Source of the DNA: Vitrella brassicaformis CCMP3155
Lineage: Eukaryota; Protista; Chromerida
Assembly: GCA_001179505.1 (NCBI GenBank)
Contig: CDMY01000489.1
Location: forward strand, 1 to 64,000
Reading direction: 5' to 3'
Length of the DNA: 64,000 nt
This document shows, one piece after another, positions 23,667-34,125 of the stretch. The notes beneath the pieces are model-generated. The model did not search any database and was not told where the DNA came from. It worked only from the letters and a program-made list of their open reading frames with translations. Position numbers and translations under genes: made by a program. Position 1 is the stretch's first letter. The number at the start of each line of letters is the position of its first letter.

Positions 23667-25469
23667 ATGAACGGCAGCAGTCAGGAGGAGTGGGAGGCCA
23701 TGGATGTCGATGACCGTGAAGACGCTCTGGAGGGCATCAACTGGTACGTTGTTCATCGGAGTGTTGTTGTTCGTCGGAATAGCATTGTCTTGTCCTCGGT
23801 TGGCGTGTGCATGGCAGGTCGTCGGCCACGGAGCACGCCGACGAGCCAGGGTATGCTCAGTACGCGGCACACGCACTGCATATATCCTTGAATAAGTCAG
23901 TCGATTTCTGGTGCCCTGTGCCTCTCTTGTCTTTCATAAACTCAGGTGGAGGAGTGTACGCCTGCCCTGGCTCCATCGCATCTGCCCTGGGGCCGACTGG
24001 GAGGCCGAGGACGAGAGACAGGTGCATGCATATAAACACCGCACATATATATATTGCCCACGGAAATACATAGTGAGAAACATGTCGCTTTTGTTTCTTC
24101 TCTTCTCATTTGCAGCAGCAGCTGCTGCTGCAGCAGCAACAGCAGGAGCAGGAGCAAGGGGCGGCCCCACCTGCCGACGTGGAGGAGCCGGCCGAGGCGG
24201 CAGCAGCAGCAGGAGGGGAAGAAGGCAGCGAGGAGAGGGCTGGGGCAGCTCGGGAGGAAGAGGAGCACGGCTACTACTTGTCCGTGAGAGAGCCGCCGCC
24301 GGGGGAGGAAAGGGAGGCGCTGAGGGAGCGCATCCGGGCGGCCCTCAAAAGGGAAAGGCAGCTGTGCTACGAGGACCCCGCCGCATACTGGGGGAGCCCT
24401 GGGCCGGACGACATGATCACGGCGTTCATGTCGATGGCCGACAGCGACCCCTTCAAGTGGGGCGGGCCTCGGTGGGTCGGCCCCCTCTCTCCCATGCCGC
24501 CTCGGCACAGGCCGCCCAGCCCCTCCCCTCGCTCCCCATCCCCGCCCCGCAGCAATCGGCCGGCTGCAGGAGAGCCAGCGGCCCATTCGCGNNNNNNNNN
24601 NNNNNNNNNNNNNNNNNNNNNNNNNNNNNNNNNNNNNNNNNNNNNNNNNNNNNNNNNNNNNNNNNNNNNNNNNNNNNNNNNNNNNNNNNNNNNNNNNNNN
24701 NNNNNNNNNNNNNNNNNNNNNNNNNNNNNNNNNNNNNNNNNNNNNNNNNNNNNNNNNNNNNNNNNNNNNNNNNNNNNNNNNNNNNNNNNNNNNNNNNNNN
24801 NNNNNNNNNNNNNNNNNNNNNNNNNNNNNNNNNNNNNNNNNNNNNNNNNNNNNNNNNNNNNNNNNNNNNNNNNNNNNNNNNNNNNNNNNNNGGACGAGGG
24901 CGATGAGAGCGACGGGGGCGATGAGAGCGAGGAGGGCGGGGCGACCGTCATGGCGTGTGTGGCGGCAATCTATGGGTGTGTGGCGGCAGAGCTGCTGCGG
25001 GCCGCCCAGCAAGTGTTGTGCTGCTTGGCCATTGACATCATCCGCACTTCCAAGGCCGTCGAGCGGGCCCTTCCACTGCACGACCGTGACGAGGGGGGTG
25101 ACGAGATGGAGGATCAGCCCCAAGCCGGTGAGGCGCCTGACCAGGCCATGCACCAGGATGATGGCGGCGACCAGCAGCGCCTCGACCCCGCGGGCATCGA
25201 GTCGAGTCGGAGAGGGGCCAAGAGGGGCCGCAATGACGACCGTGACGAGGGGGGGTGACGAGATGGGGGATCAGCCTCAGGGCGAGATTCCCGACATGGA
25301 CATGCCGCCCGTCGGTCACCCCGGTGGTGATGAGCAGGCCGGAAACGACGCTGACGAGCTCGCTGCCAAGAAACGTCGACGAATTCCGACCGACGAGCAG
25401 CCACTGAAGCGCCTGCGCCGATCTTCACGGCTCCGGAAGCGCAGGAGACGGGAGGAGGGACACGAGTGA
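23667..25469 (+). CDS. Paralog of the 2914-5918 hypothetical gene (spans N gap 24592-24891)
   Basis: Same exon structure and translation (EDPAAYWG, DSDPFKWGGPRWVGP, MACVAAIYGCVAAELL, RRSSRLRKRRRREEGHE*). One G-run frameshift near 25250. Confidence 0.6.
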
Positions 25470-26619
25470 TCGATTGACCGACAGATCCATCGTGTGTACG
25501 TGTTGGAATGTATTGGGATGGGGGGATGTAGATCTCTGGAGGTTTTGGCGGTGATCGCAGGCAGTACGTGTGCTGCCTCCTTTCGGCCGCCCTTAGACAG
25601 GCAGGCAGGCAGGCAGGCAGGCAGAAAGGGGGGGAGAGGGAGAGAGATTTCGTGTGTATGGCTCCATCTCTTCCAGACATACAAACTCACTAACTGATGT
25701 GCTGTGTAGTGTTGCATTTTGTGTGTTGATTGACCTGCATACTCACTCATGTGTCTCCTCCATGTGTGCGAATGTGTGTGTGGTGTGTCAGCTGGGAGTG
25801 AGTGCTGTTTTTGTCTCTCTGTGTGCGTGTCCAGCTGGGGCGGGGAGAAGCCCCCTGGGCGGCCCTTTTCGCCCCGATGAGGCCGCGAGGACATCATGGG
25901 TGATGTCATGGCCGAAGGGGCAAGGGGGCATGTGCGTCTGTGAGATGGCCCTTGCATGATAAATATGTCCTCTTGCTCACTTACTCACTCACTTTCTGCG
26001 TTGTTCTGCCATGTGTGCTGATGGATGGATGGATGACTTGGTTTGTGGAGGGGTGTGTGTGTCGCGGCAGAAATGATAGAGACGCGACACACACAGAGAC
26101 ACAGACAGACGATGCATATTATCGATGCGATCCATAGCTATGCGGAGAGACCCCAATGATATGTTGCGTTGATGGATACATGATGCCCCCAAAGACAAGT
26201 CCAAGACATTCGCATGTCTCTGCCAAGGCATTGTCGTCTCACACATCGGTCGCTCCCGTGAGTGCCATCGCAGTCACGTCCAAACGCACATTGACAGTCT
26301 TCCGTGAGTGTTCATTCAAAGCTTCAGCAGACAGAAACGAGGGATCGTCCACAGGAAGCTTACGATGAACAGAGCAAAGTCCGTCCGCAGATATAAAATG
26401 TACGCAGCGGTGTTATCAACATCATAAGCGACGTCATACCGACTGCAACCAAAGCAGAAGAGGCCTCCTACAGGCCCGACTTGGCGCCCCTCGGGTGGCC
26501 GTTACATTCATCCATCCATCTATTCATCCATCCATCTATCCACCATCCATCCGTCCATGCACACACAAACAAACGGCACGTAGAGACAGATATACGCACA
26601 TTACTCCCCCCCATCGGCC

Positions 26620-27135
26620 GTGACTCCTCAGCTATCGGTCGCGGCGCCTCTTGCTGCGGAGGTTGTAGCCCTCGTCACCCCCGTCTCCCCCGTTTCCCTG
26701 CCTTGCCACTCCGCCGCAGAAGGACGCCGCAGAAGCCTCGAGGGCAGCGGCCTCAACCCGCAGCCGAGAGCCCACCCTCTTGCGCTTCTTCTGGCTGCTG
26801 GACGCTGTGGCGGCCTGCTGCTGCTCCACCTGTGGCTGGTGGTCCTGGTTGCGGCCTGGTGGGTCGTCTTCGTCGGCCGGTGGCTGCTCCTGTTGCTCCA
26901 GGGGGTCGATGGGCGGCTGCTGCTGCTCTTCGGGGATGAGCGGTTGCTGAAGGGGAGGCAGCTGCAGCCAGTCCATCTGTCGCTGGACGGGTGGATGAAG
27001 CCAGCAGACAACCTGGCGGCCAGCGGATGTCCCCGGGATGCAAGAGTCTGACACAAGACAAACACAAGACAACCAACCAGCCCCCAGTGAGATAAATGGA
27101 TGATGCACATAAATGGACAACGCACCGCCATGCAT
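26620..27135 (-). pseudogene. Truncated paralog of the 620-1793 gene (3' exon only)
   Basis: QMDWLQLPPLQQPLIPEEQQQ...YNLRSKRRRDR* is retained. The acidic/helical exon is deleted between ~27170 and 27230. Confidence 0.6.
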
Positions 27136-27294
27136 ACCAGATGTGCGACACTTCTTTAGGGGTGGGCCCTCTGCGACGCCTCGGGGAGCACAGCCATATA
27201 CTGTATGATATACATTGTGTCATTTGTGCACCCTGTCGGTGCCTGCCTGCCTGTCTGTCCGTCTGTCTGTTTGTGAGCCCTCTCAGCGTACGTC

Positions 27295-27915
27295 TATATT
27301 GTCTTGACACCGCCGCCGTCCCTCCCGCATCCCCTCTGGATGGCGGCGAGGACGTTCTCATACGAGTGGCCGTAGTTTGTAGAAGGTGGGCCAGAATTTC
27401 AGCTCCAGCAGCACCACCCCCTGCCGGTAACGGTCCTCGATGGCGTCAGCAACGACCTCTTCGATGACCTCCACCTTCTCTGCACACACACACACACACA
27501 CACAGACAGACAGACAGAGAGATGCAATGCAGGGACCAACTAACTGGCTTGGCTGCTTGCTTGGCTGATCAGCGACTGACTGGCGTACCGAATATCTGTC
27601 TCAGGCGGCTCATGATGTCGTTCCAGCCGTTGTCCCTTGACCCGATGAAGTGGGCCCGCTGTGCCGCCTCGCCTTCGGGCAGAGGCAGTCCGAGCCTCTT
27701 GAACTCCCGCACGGCGGTCTCTGGCCGAATGCAGCCCTCCAGGTGGCAACGGAGGTCGGCCTTGGGGAAGTTGGTGAACCTGAAGCGCACACACAAACGC
27801 AGGAAGGAGCACACCATCGCCATGCATGCAAGAAGGAACGGACAGCTGAGGTCTTCGTGAGCGACGTACCACTCGTCGGGCTCGTGGCCGCCTCGGGTCT
27901 GGTCCTGCTTGGCGC
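27295..27915 (-). pseudogene. Adenosine deaminase-like gene, 5' fragment (copy C)
   Basis: FTNFPKADLRCHLEGCIRPETAVRE matches the ADA N-terminal 'PKxELHxHLDGSxRPET' motif. The next exon EKVEVIEEVVADAIEDRYRQGVVLLELKFWP follows, then the gene is truncated. Confidence 0.75.
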
Positions 27916-28639
27916 GACCAACAAACACACTGAAGACACACACGAATCCACAAAGGCGGGGAGGGAAATGTCATGCATGACATATGGACACGTGCGTGCC
28001 AGATGTGTGTTCCATCTCTTTCTCGAGCCCCAGCAGCAACACTCCCTGGCGGTGGCCTCTTCAGGTCCAACACCTCCATGAGCAACCCTCTGAGTGAACA
28101 AAAAGGGTAAAGTGGCCCGCATCCAATGCACACACATGTCTCTCTCATTGGCGTACGTGAAAGGAGCACGTTTCGAAAGCTTGACCAATGTCCACAAATA
28201 TATAATGTAAGCAGCAATGCATTTGCAGTAGGAAAGTGACAAACTGCGAGACAACAAGAGAGCAACTATCAGACGAGAAGGGGGGTGCGTATACGATTGG
28301 TGTGCTCACAATTCCCCTACTGCGAGAGTCGTGAACCCAAGACCACCTGCAGGCACATTATGGAAACACAGCAGGAAGAGGATGCACGCAATGCCACATG
28401 ATATGCACACATCTTCCTGCCGACCAGACGATGGCAATTTGAACACAGGCCTATTTTCACGTCAGTTGGCATCTCCATTCACCTGTATCTATAACCGCCT
28501 TGCCCACATCACAAGACTTAGCCTTCCCTGACCATGCTCATGTACCTCTTAATGATTGTCCAACCATTCAATCACAATGCATGCCGTACGCATGACAGCA
28601 CTTATATCTCTCAAGACCTGGATGTGCTCACGGCATGGG

Positions 28640-29587
28640 CACATGCCCATTGCCCATGTACCTCGACGGCGTCAGCGACAGCCTCCTCGATGACCTCGAT
28701 CTTTTCTGGACACACATGGACAGACACAGACACAGACACAGACACACATACACACAGACAGACAGACAGACAGACAGACAGAGAGAGAGATGCAATGCAG
28801 GGNNNNNNNNNNNNNNNNNNNNNNNNNNNNNNNNNNNNNNNNNNNNNNNNNNNNNNNNNNNNNNNNNNNNNNNNNNNNNNNNNNNNNNNNNNNNNNNNNN
28901 NNNNNNNNNNNNNNNNNNNNNNNNNNNNNNNNNNNNNNNNNNNNNNNNNNNNNNNNNNNNNNNNNNNNNNNNNNNNNNNNNNNNNNNNNNNNNNNNNNNN
29001 NNNNNNNNNNNNNNNNNNNNNNNNNNNNNNNNNNNNNNNNNNNNNNNNNNNNNNNNNNNNNNNNNNNNNNNNNNNNNNNNNNNNNNNNNNNNNNNNNNNN
29101 NNCAGACAGAGAGAGAGATGCAATGCAGGGACCAACTGGCTTGGCTGCTTGCTTGGCTGATCAGCGACTGACTCACGTACCGAATATTTGTCGCAGGCGG
29201 CTCATGATGTCGTTCCCGCTGCTGTCAGCCGACCAGATGAAGTGGGCCCGCTGTGCCGCCTCGCCTTCGGGCAGAGGCAGTCCGAGCCTCTTGAACTCCC
29301 GCACGGCGGTCTCTGGCCGAATGCAGCCCTCCAGGTGGCAACGGAGGTCGGCCTTGGGGAAGTTGGTGAACCTGAAGCGCACACACAAACGCAGGAAGGA
29401 GCACACCATCGCCATGCATGCAAAAGGAACAGCTGAGGTCTTTGTGAGCGACGTACCACTCGTCGGGCTCGTGGCCGCCTCGGGTCTGGTCCTGCTGGCC
29501 TACCGCGGCCTCGCCCGTGCCCCCCGCTCCCTCGTTCCCTCTCTCTTGACTTTCCTCCATCGCGATGGTCACCGTGCGATTCTGCAC
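28640..29587 (-). pseudogene. Adenosine deaminase-like gene, 5' fragment (copy B; spans N gap 28803-29102)
   Basis: MQNRTVT...DEWYVAHKDLS | FRFTNFPKADLRCHLEGCIRPET...| EKIEVIEEAVADAVE, after which homology ends. Confidence 0.7.
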
Positions 29588-29674
29588 TGCAGACAGCCTC
29601 GCCTGCCTGTCTGCTGACTCGAGTGACTGTCAGAGCTGTTAAGCTCACTCGCAAATCACAACGAAGCGATGTGC

Positions 29675-30850
29675 TTAGAAACGCTGCACAAGCAGAGCTC
29701 TTCCCCGTCTGAGACGCCCACAGTCTCGGGGCTGATGAGGTGACTGATGGATCTGCGACGCTCGGGGCGGGGCGCCCGCCAGGCGAAGAGCGAGGAGCGG
29801 CAGGTCGATCTCGTCGTGGATGGGGAAGTGGCTTGTGGTGACGGCCACGGGGAAGCGAGGCGTGGGCCCACACCAATCCTCACTGCAGGGAATGGGACCC
29901 CACAATGCCGTCACCACCTCCCTGTCCGACGGAAAGTCGAGGCGCAGCTCGAGGGCGATTTCCATCTCCTCCATGAGCTGACGGGCGGCGGCGTCTTTGA
30001 TGGCGATATCGCCGTAGATGCGGCTGGGGCGGAGGCTCTCGATGACGGCCGCGGGGTTGTCGGGAAGTTGGTCGCCGGCCAGTTCCATGGTCAACTTGAG
30101 GCCCACCTCACGGAGCAACTCAACGCAGTCCTGCTGGCATCACACACAGGCAACAAAAAGAGAAGAGAACACACAGACATATAAGTGTGTATATGTCTGT
30201 CTGTATGATCAGGTTAGAATCGTACCTTTTACTGAAGAATGTACGGCGAGGCCCCGTCGACGGTCTCACCAACGAAGGCCTCCTTGTTTTCGATGGCGAA
30301 GTGAGTGACGCCAATGAAGTCGTCCTCGGTGAACATGGGAACGGTGCACAGCAGACCAGCCTGCAGACTACACACAGAGAGAGACATACACACAATGTCA
30401 TGTGCCCTCCCTGCCTGTCTGTCTGTCTGTCTGTCTCCCTGTCTGTCTGTCTGTCTGTTTGTGAGCCTCCCAGCGTACATCGATGTTATTCTGACACCGC
30501 CGGCGTCCCTCCCGCACCCCCCTCTGAATGGCGCCGAGAACCTTCTCGTACGAGTGGCCGTGGCCGGTGAAGAAGGTGGGCCAGAACTTCAGCTCCAGCA
30601 GCACCACCCCCTGCCGGTAACGGTCCTCGATGGCGTCAGCAACGACCTCTTCGATGACCTCCACCTTCTCTGCCACACACACACACACACACAGACAGAC
30701 AGACAGACAGAGAGATGCAATGCAGGGACCAACTTACTGGCTTGGCTACTTGCTTGGCTGATCAGCGACTGACTGGCGTACCGAATATCTGTCTCAGGCG
30801 GCTCATGATGTCGTTCCAGCCGTTGTCCCTTGACCCGATGAAGAGGGTCC
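29675..30850 (-). pseudogene. Adenosine deaminase-like gene, 3' part (copy A) with an in-frame stop
   Basis: Exons FIGSRDNGWNDIMSRLRQIFG / ...VLLELKFWP... / AGLLCTVP...PYILQ*K / DCVELLREVGLKLTMELAGD...LRPSRIYGD...EMEIALEL align with the ADA TIM barrel. TAA at 30229-30231. Confidence 0.75.
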
Positions 30851-31345
30851 GTTGGGCGGCGTGACGGGCATCGGTGGCCTTCCAAACTGAGGCAGACTCT
30901 GAGGACCAAGGGGGCCCACATAGGGCCGCTGATGGGGAAGTAGAGCCGTCTTGCACTGACGCGGAGGGCGTGCATGGTGGCTCACAGCCGATGACAAGGG
31001 TCGGACGAGGGTGAAATAGGTTGTGATGGAAAAAATGACAAAGGAGGATAAAAAAAGAAGAGACAAAGCGTCTCGCGGCAAGAGATTCTCGCAGCATGCA
31101 GGATGCTGCTGCACCTTGGCCTGCATCCTTGTTTCTCATATGGGATGAGGAAGTGGTACCGCGCTGATAGCAGCTGCCGCCGTTACATTGGCTTCAGCGG
31201 AGCTAAGCTCGCATGGGGGGCGATCGTCTTGCCCCCAGCATCGTTTTCGCGAGAAGAATCGTTTCGAGCGAGAAGAATCACCGCCTCTCGCCCTTGTACC
31301 TGCTAATTGCAGGAGCTGCAGAGTCTTTTGCCGTGTTTTTGCACC

Positions 31346-33340
31346 ATGTTCCCAGTCCCACCCCCTCCTCCCCCGTCAGTCGGCTCATTCCAGTGCAAGA
31401 CCGCTTCATTACCCCATCAGCGGCCTTATGTGGGCCCCCCCGGTCCTCTGCCACATTTCGGAAGGCCGCCAATGCCGGTCACGCCGCCCAACGGGCGCTT
31501 CGTCCAGACGGTTCTGCAGAGAGGTCCTGGAACCAGGCAGTCGCCTTTGCCACCCCCGCCCTCCATGCTGGGGTTTACACCGCGCACACCCCTGTCGGGC
31601 TGCCCGTCAGCCCGACATGCGTCGAACCGGACGCCGGCTGTCCCGTCTGTGCCGCCGAAATTCATCGCTCAACCTATTGTCAAGGTCGGTCAGTGCTGCT
31701 TCACGCTTCGGTCTTTTCTGCACTGCATGAGCTTCACACGTGTGTGTGTCCCTTGGTCGCTGTGAGCAGGAGAGAGTCATCGAGATCGAGAAACACGAGA
31801 TCGAGGAGCAGGTCGTGGAACTGCCCCAAACCGTGTACAAGGAGAAGTTCGTTGAGGTACCCAAGAAGGTACGCCTGTGTCAGACAGACAGACACACAGG
31901 CTGTCGGTCATGTCTCCTTCGCCCCATCAGGTCATCCAGGATCGTATAGTCTATGTTCGCAAGCCTCGGGTGACTCGGGACCCCTATCGGGTGAGCAGAC
32001 GGTGGCCGAAATCGGCAGATAAGAGCACAGACGGGAGGAAACACACGCGAGTCTCTCCTTGGCCTGCGTCCTTGTCTCAGCCTGTCCAGGCCCATCGCAT
32101 GGCCAGTGTGCAGCCACCGATGAACGTGAATGTGGCACAGTTGCAGAGACCGGTGGGCGAGAGAGAGACAGACAGCATGACGTGTCATGTCTCTCTTTGC
32201 CTCTCCCTTGTGCAGACGCTCGAGCCAGGCTATCTGTCATCCTTGCGTCATCAGGTTGTCCAGGATCGTATAATCAATGTTCGTCAGCCGAGGCTGAATC
32301 GGGAGCCTTATCGGGTGAGCAGACTGTAGGCAAGATGGGCAGATAAGAGCACACACGGGAGGAAAAAACACGGGCGTCTCCTCTCCTTGGCCTGCGTCCT
32401 TGTTTCTCAGCCTGTCCAGGCCCATCGCATGGCCAGTGTGCAGCCACCGTTCAACAGGAATATGGTGTCGTTGCAGAAATCGGTGGGCGAGAGACACCTG
32501 CTTACCATCCACAGACAGACAGCATGACATGTCGTGTCTCTCCCTTGCGCAGGGTGTGTACGGCGCTGCTTTGGTGAGCCCACGTCTGCCTCACGTGCGC
32601 CCGCCAACTTTCGAGCACATGGCAAGCAAGAGCAAAGGAACCGTGATACTTCATGTCCATTTGTGTGTGTGCACATGCGCAGATGAGTAATCCGTTTGCG
32701 GCTCCGCCCCCGGCATATGGTCCGTCGCGCAGGTTGGAGCATCTGTGGTCGCATCATCCGCCGCCAGTCGAGACGGGGGTGCCGACGGTGGCGCGGAACA
32801 TGGGAAGGGCTCCGGGTGTTGGCGATGTCGGTGGCATGGCCATGCCGCCTATGGGGGCACCGGCCAGGGTGGTGCAGTACGGTCAGACTGGTGCTCTTCG
32901 ACAGGGAGCTGGCGGGACCTGCCTGACAGTTGGTAGTGGCATGGCGGCGCCCCTGATGGCGCCCAAGACGAGCCACCAGTACACGCAGGCTGGCGCTGGT
33001 CGGGAGGCATCTCACGGCACATCCCTGACACACACGTGAGCGGGGCAATTGAGCTGACACAGGGAGAGACGAGGCAGAGGCAGAGAGGGGTAAATGATGT
33101 CTGTTTATGTGTCTCCCGTGGGCTGTGTATGCGTGTGTGCAGGCGTGATGGCCCCCGTATGGTACGTGTGGACTTATCGTCTCCCAGTCGCAGAGTATGC
33201 TCCCCATGTTCGCCGCCGGTGTGTCCACCGTTGCTCCGCTCGCCGCCCCCTGCCCGTGCAGGCGGCCCGCTTAACCAGCGGCGCGGCAACACTGCCAGGC
33301 GACAGCCGCCCCTGCCGCCATACATGCGCCGCCGCTCGTG
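31346..33340 (+). CDS. Proline-rich alveolin/IMC (IMCp repeat)-like cytoskeletal protein; 3' end uncertain
   Basis: EQERVIEIEKHEIEEQVVELPQTVYKEKFVEVPKKVIQDRIVYVRKP has the alveolin EKIVEVP-type repeat. Confidence 0.75.
31925..32545 (+). repeat. Tandem duplication of a two-exon/two-intron unit (~325 nt period)
   Basis: 31925-32200 is similar to 32250-32545, including intron sequence (ccttggcctgcgtccttgt...ctcag) and the exon PVQAHRMASVQPP. Confidence 0.9.
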
Positions 33341-33639
33341 AGGCGAAGACAGAAGGAAGGAGACACGAAGAGGCAACGGCCCTAGGGTTTGTGCGTTCAT
33401 GTGCATGAGGCTATAGGCGTTGATTGGACATTCAGATTCGATTGGACTGTCGTCTCATGTGCTTGACGACACTTTTTCAACCATGCATGCCATTGTCGAG
33501 TTATCCACCAGCACCATAAAGACAGTCACGAATCCACACACCCTCAATCGACGCAGAGGCATTCACGCCTTGCCACTTGCAAACACCGCTCAGACAGACA
33601 GACACCCACACCACACCATGCCGGCAGGCACACCGTCCT

Positions 33640-33935
33640 CCATCTGTCTGTCTGTCTACTTCTGGAGCTTCCCCTCCCTCCCCCACCCCTCGGCCAAGTC
33701 GGCCAGCAGGGCCGCCAGCTGCTTGGTGTGCGACACCTGCGGCGAGTGGTCCGTGTCCAGCTCATACACAGCATTGCTCCCCTCCCGAAGCCCCGTCTCT
33801 TGACGATAAACTCCCGGTAGGCCGGGTGCATGCTCTCGTCACGCAGGCACTTGACGTACGCTCGGGGGATGCTCTCGAATCGCTCGGTGAGGGCCACGCG
33901 GACGCTGAAGTTGGCCAAAGGCATGTACTCTTGCT
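33640..33935 (-). pseudogene. C-terminal fragment of an alpha/beta-hydrolase (methylesterase/SABP2-like), frameshifted
   Basis: LTERFESIPRAYVKCLRDESMHPAYREFIV, then a frameshift at ~33780, then VYELDTDHSPQVSHTKQLAALLADL (catalytic His motif). No room for N-terminal exons before the divergent gene at 34126. Confidence 0.7.
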
Positions 33936-34125
33936 CACTTATATACTCACTTTCCATGGATGAATTGTCCTGGTGGGAAACTTTCTTGCTGCATCGATGG
34001 ATGGATGGATGGCTTGGTCTGTGGGGTGTGTGTCGCGTGAGAAGATGATAGAGAATAGAGGCGCGGCGCGAACGCACAGGGACGTGCCCCTCTGCGAGCT
34101 TGTGGTTTGAGCTCGCCGTTTTCGA

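Larger units (their letters stand above)
23475..28436. repeat. Right arm of the inverted duplication
   Basis: Reverse complement of 1-6095 with substitutions and indels. It lacks ~625-1215 of the left arm, lacks the second tandem unit, and carries extra ADA-like exons at 27400-27915. Confidence 0.95.

Noticed and set aside
1-28436. Giant DNA transposon (Maverick/MULE/CACTA) with terminal inverted repeats
   Set aside because: No transposase, integrase or polB motifs are seen. The arms consist of host-like spliced genes, and the inner junction shows deletion of a longer duplicated block.
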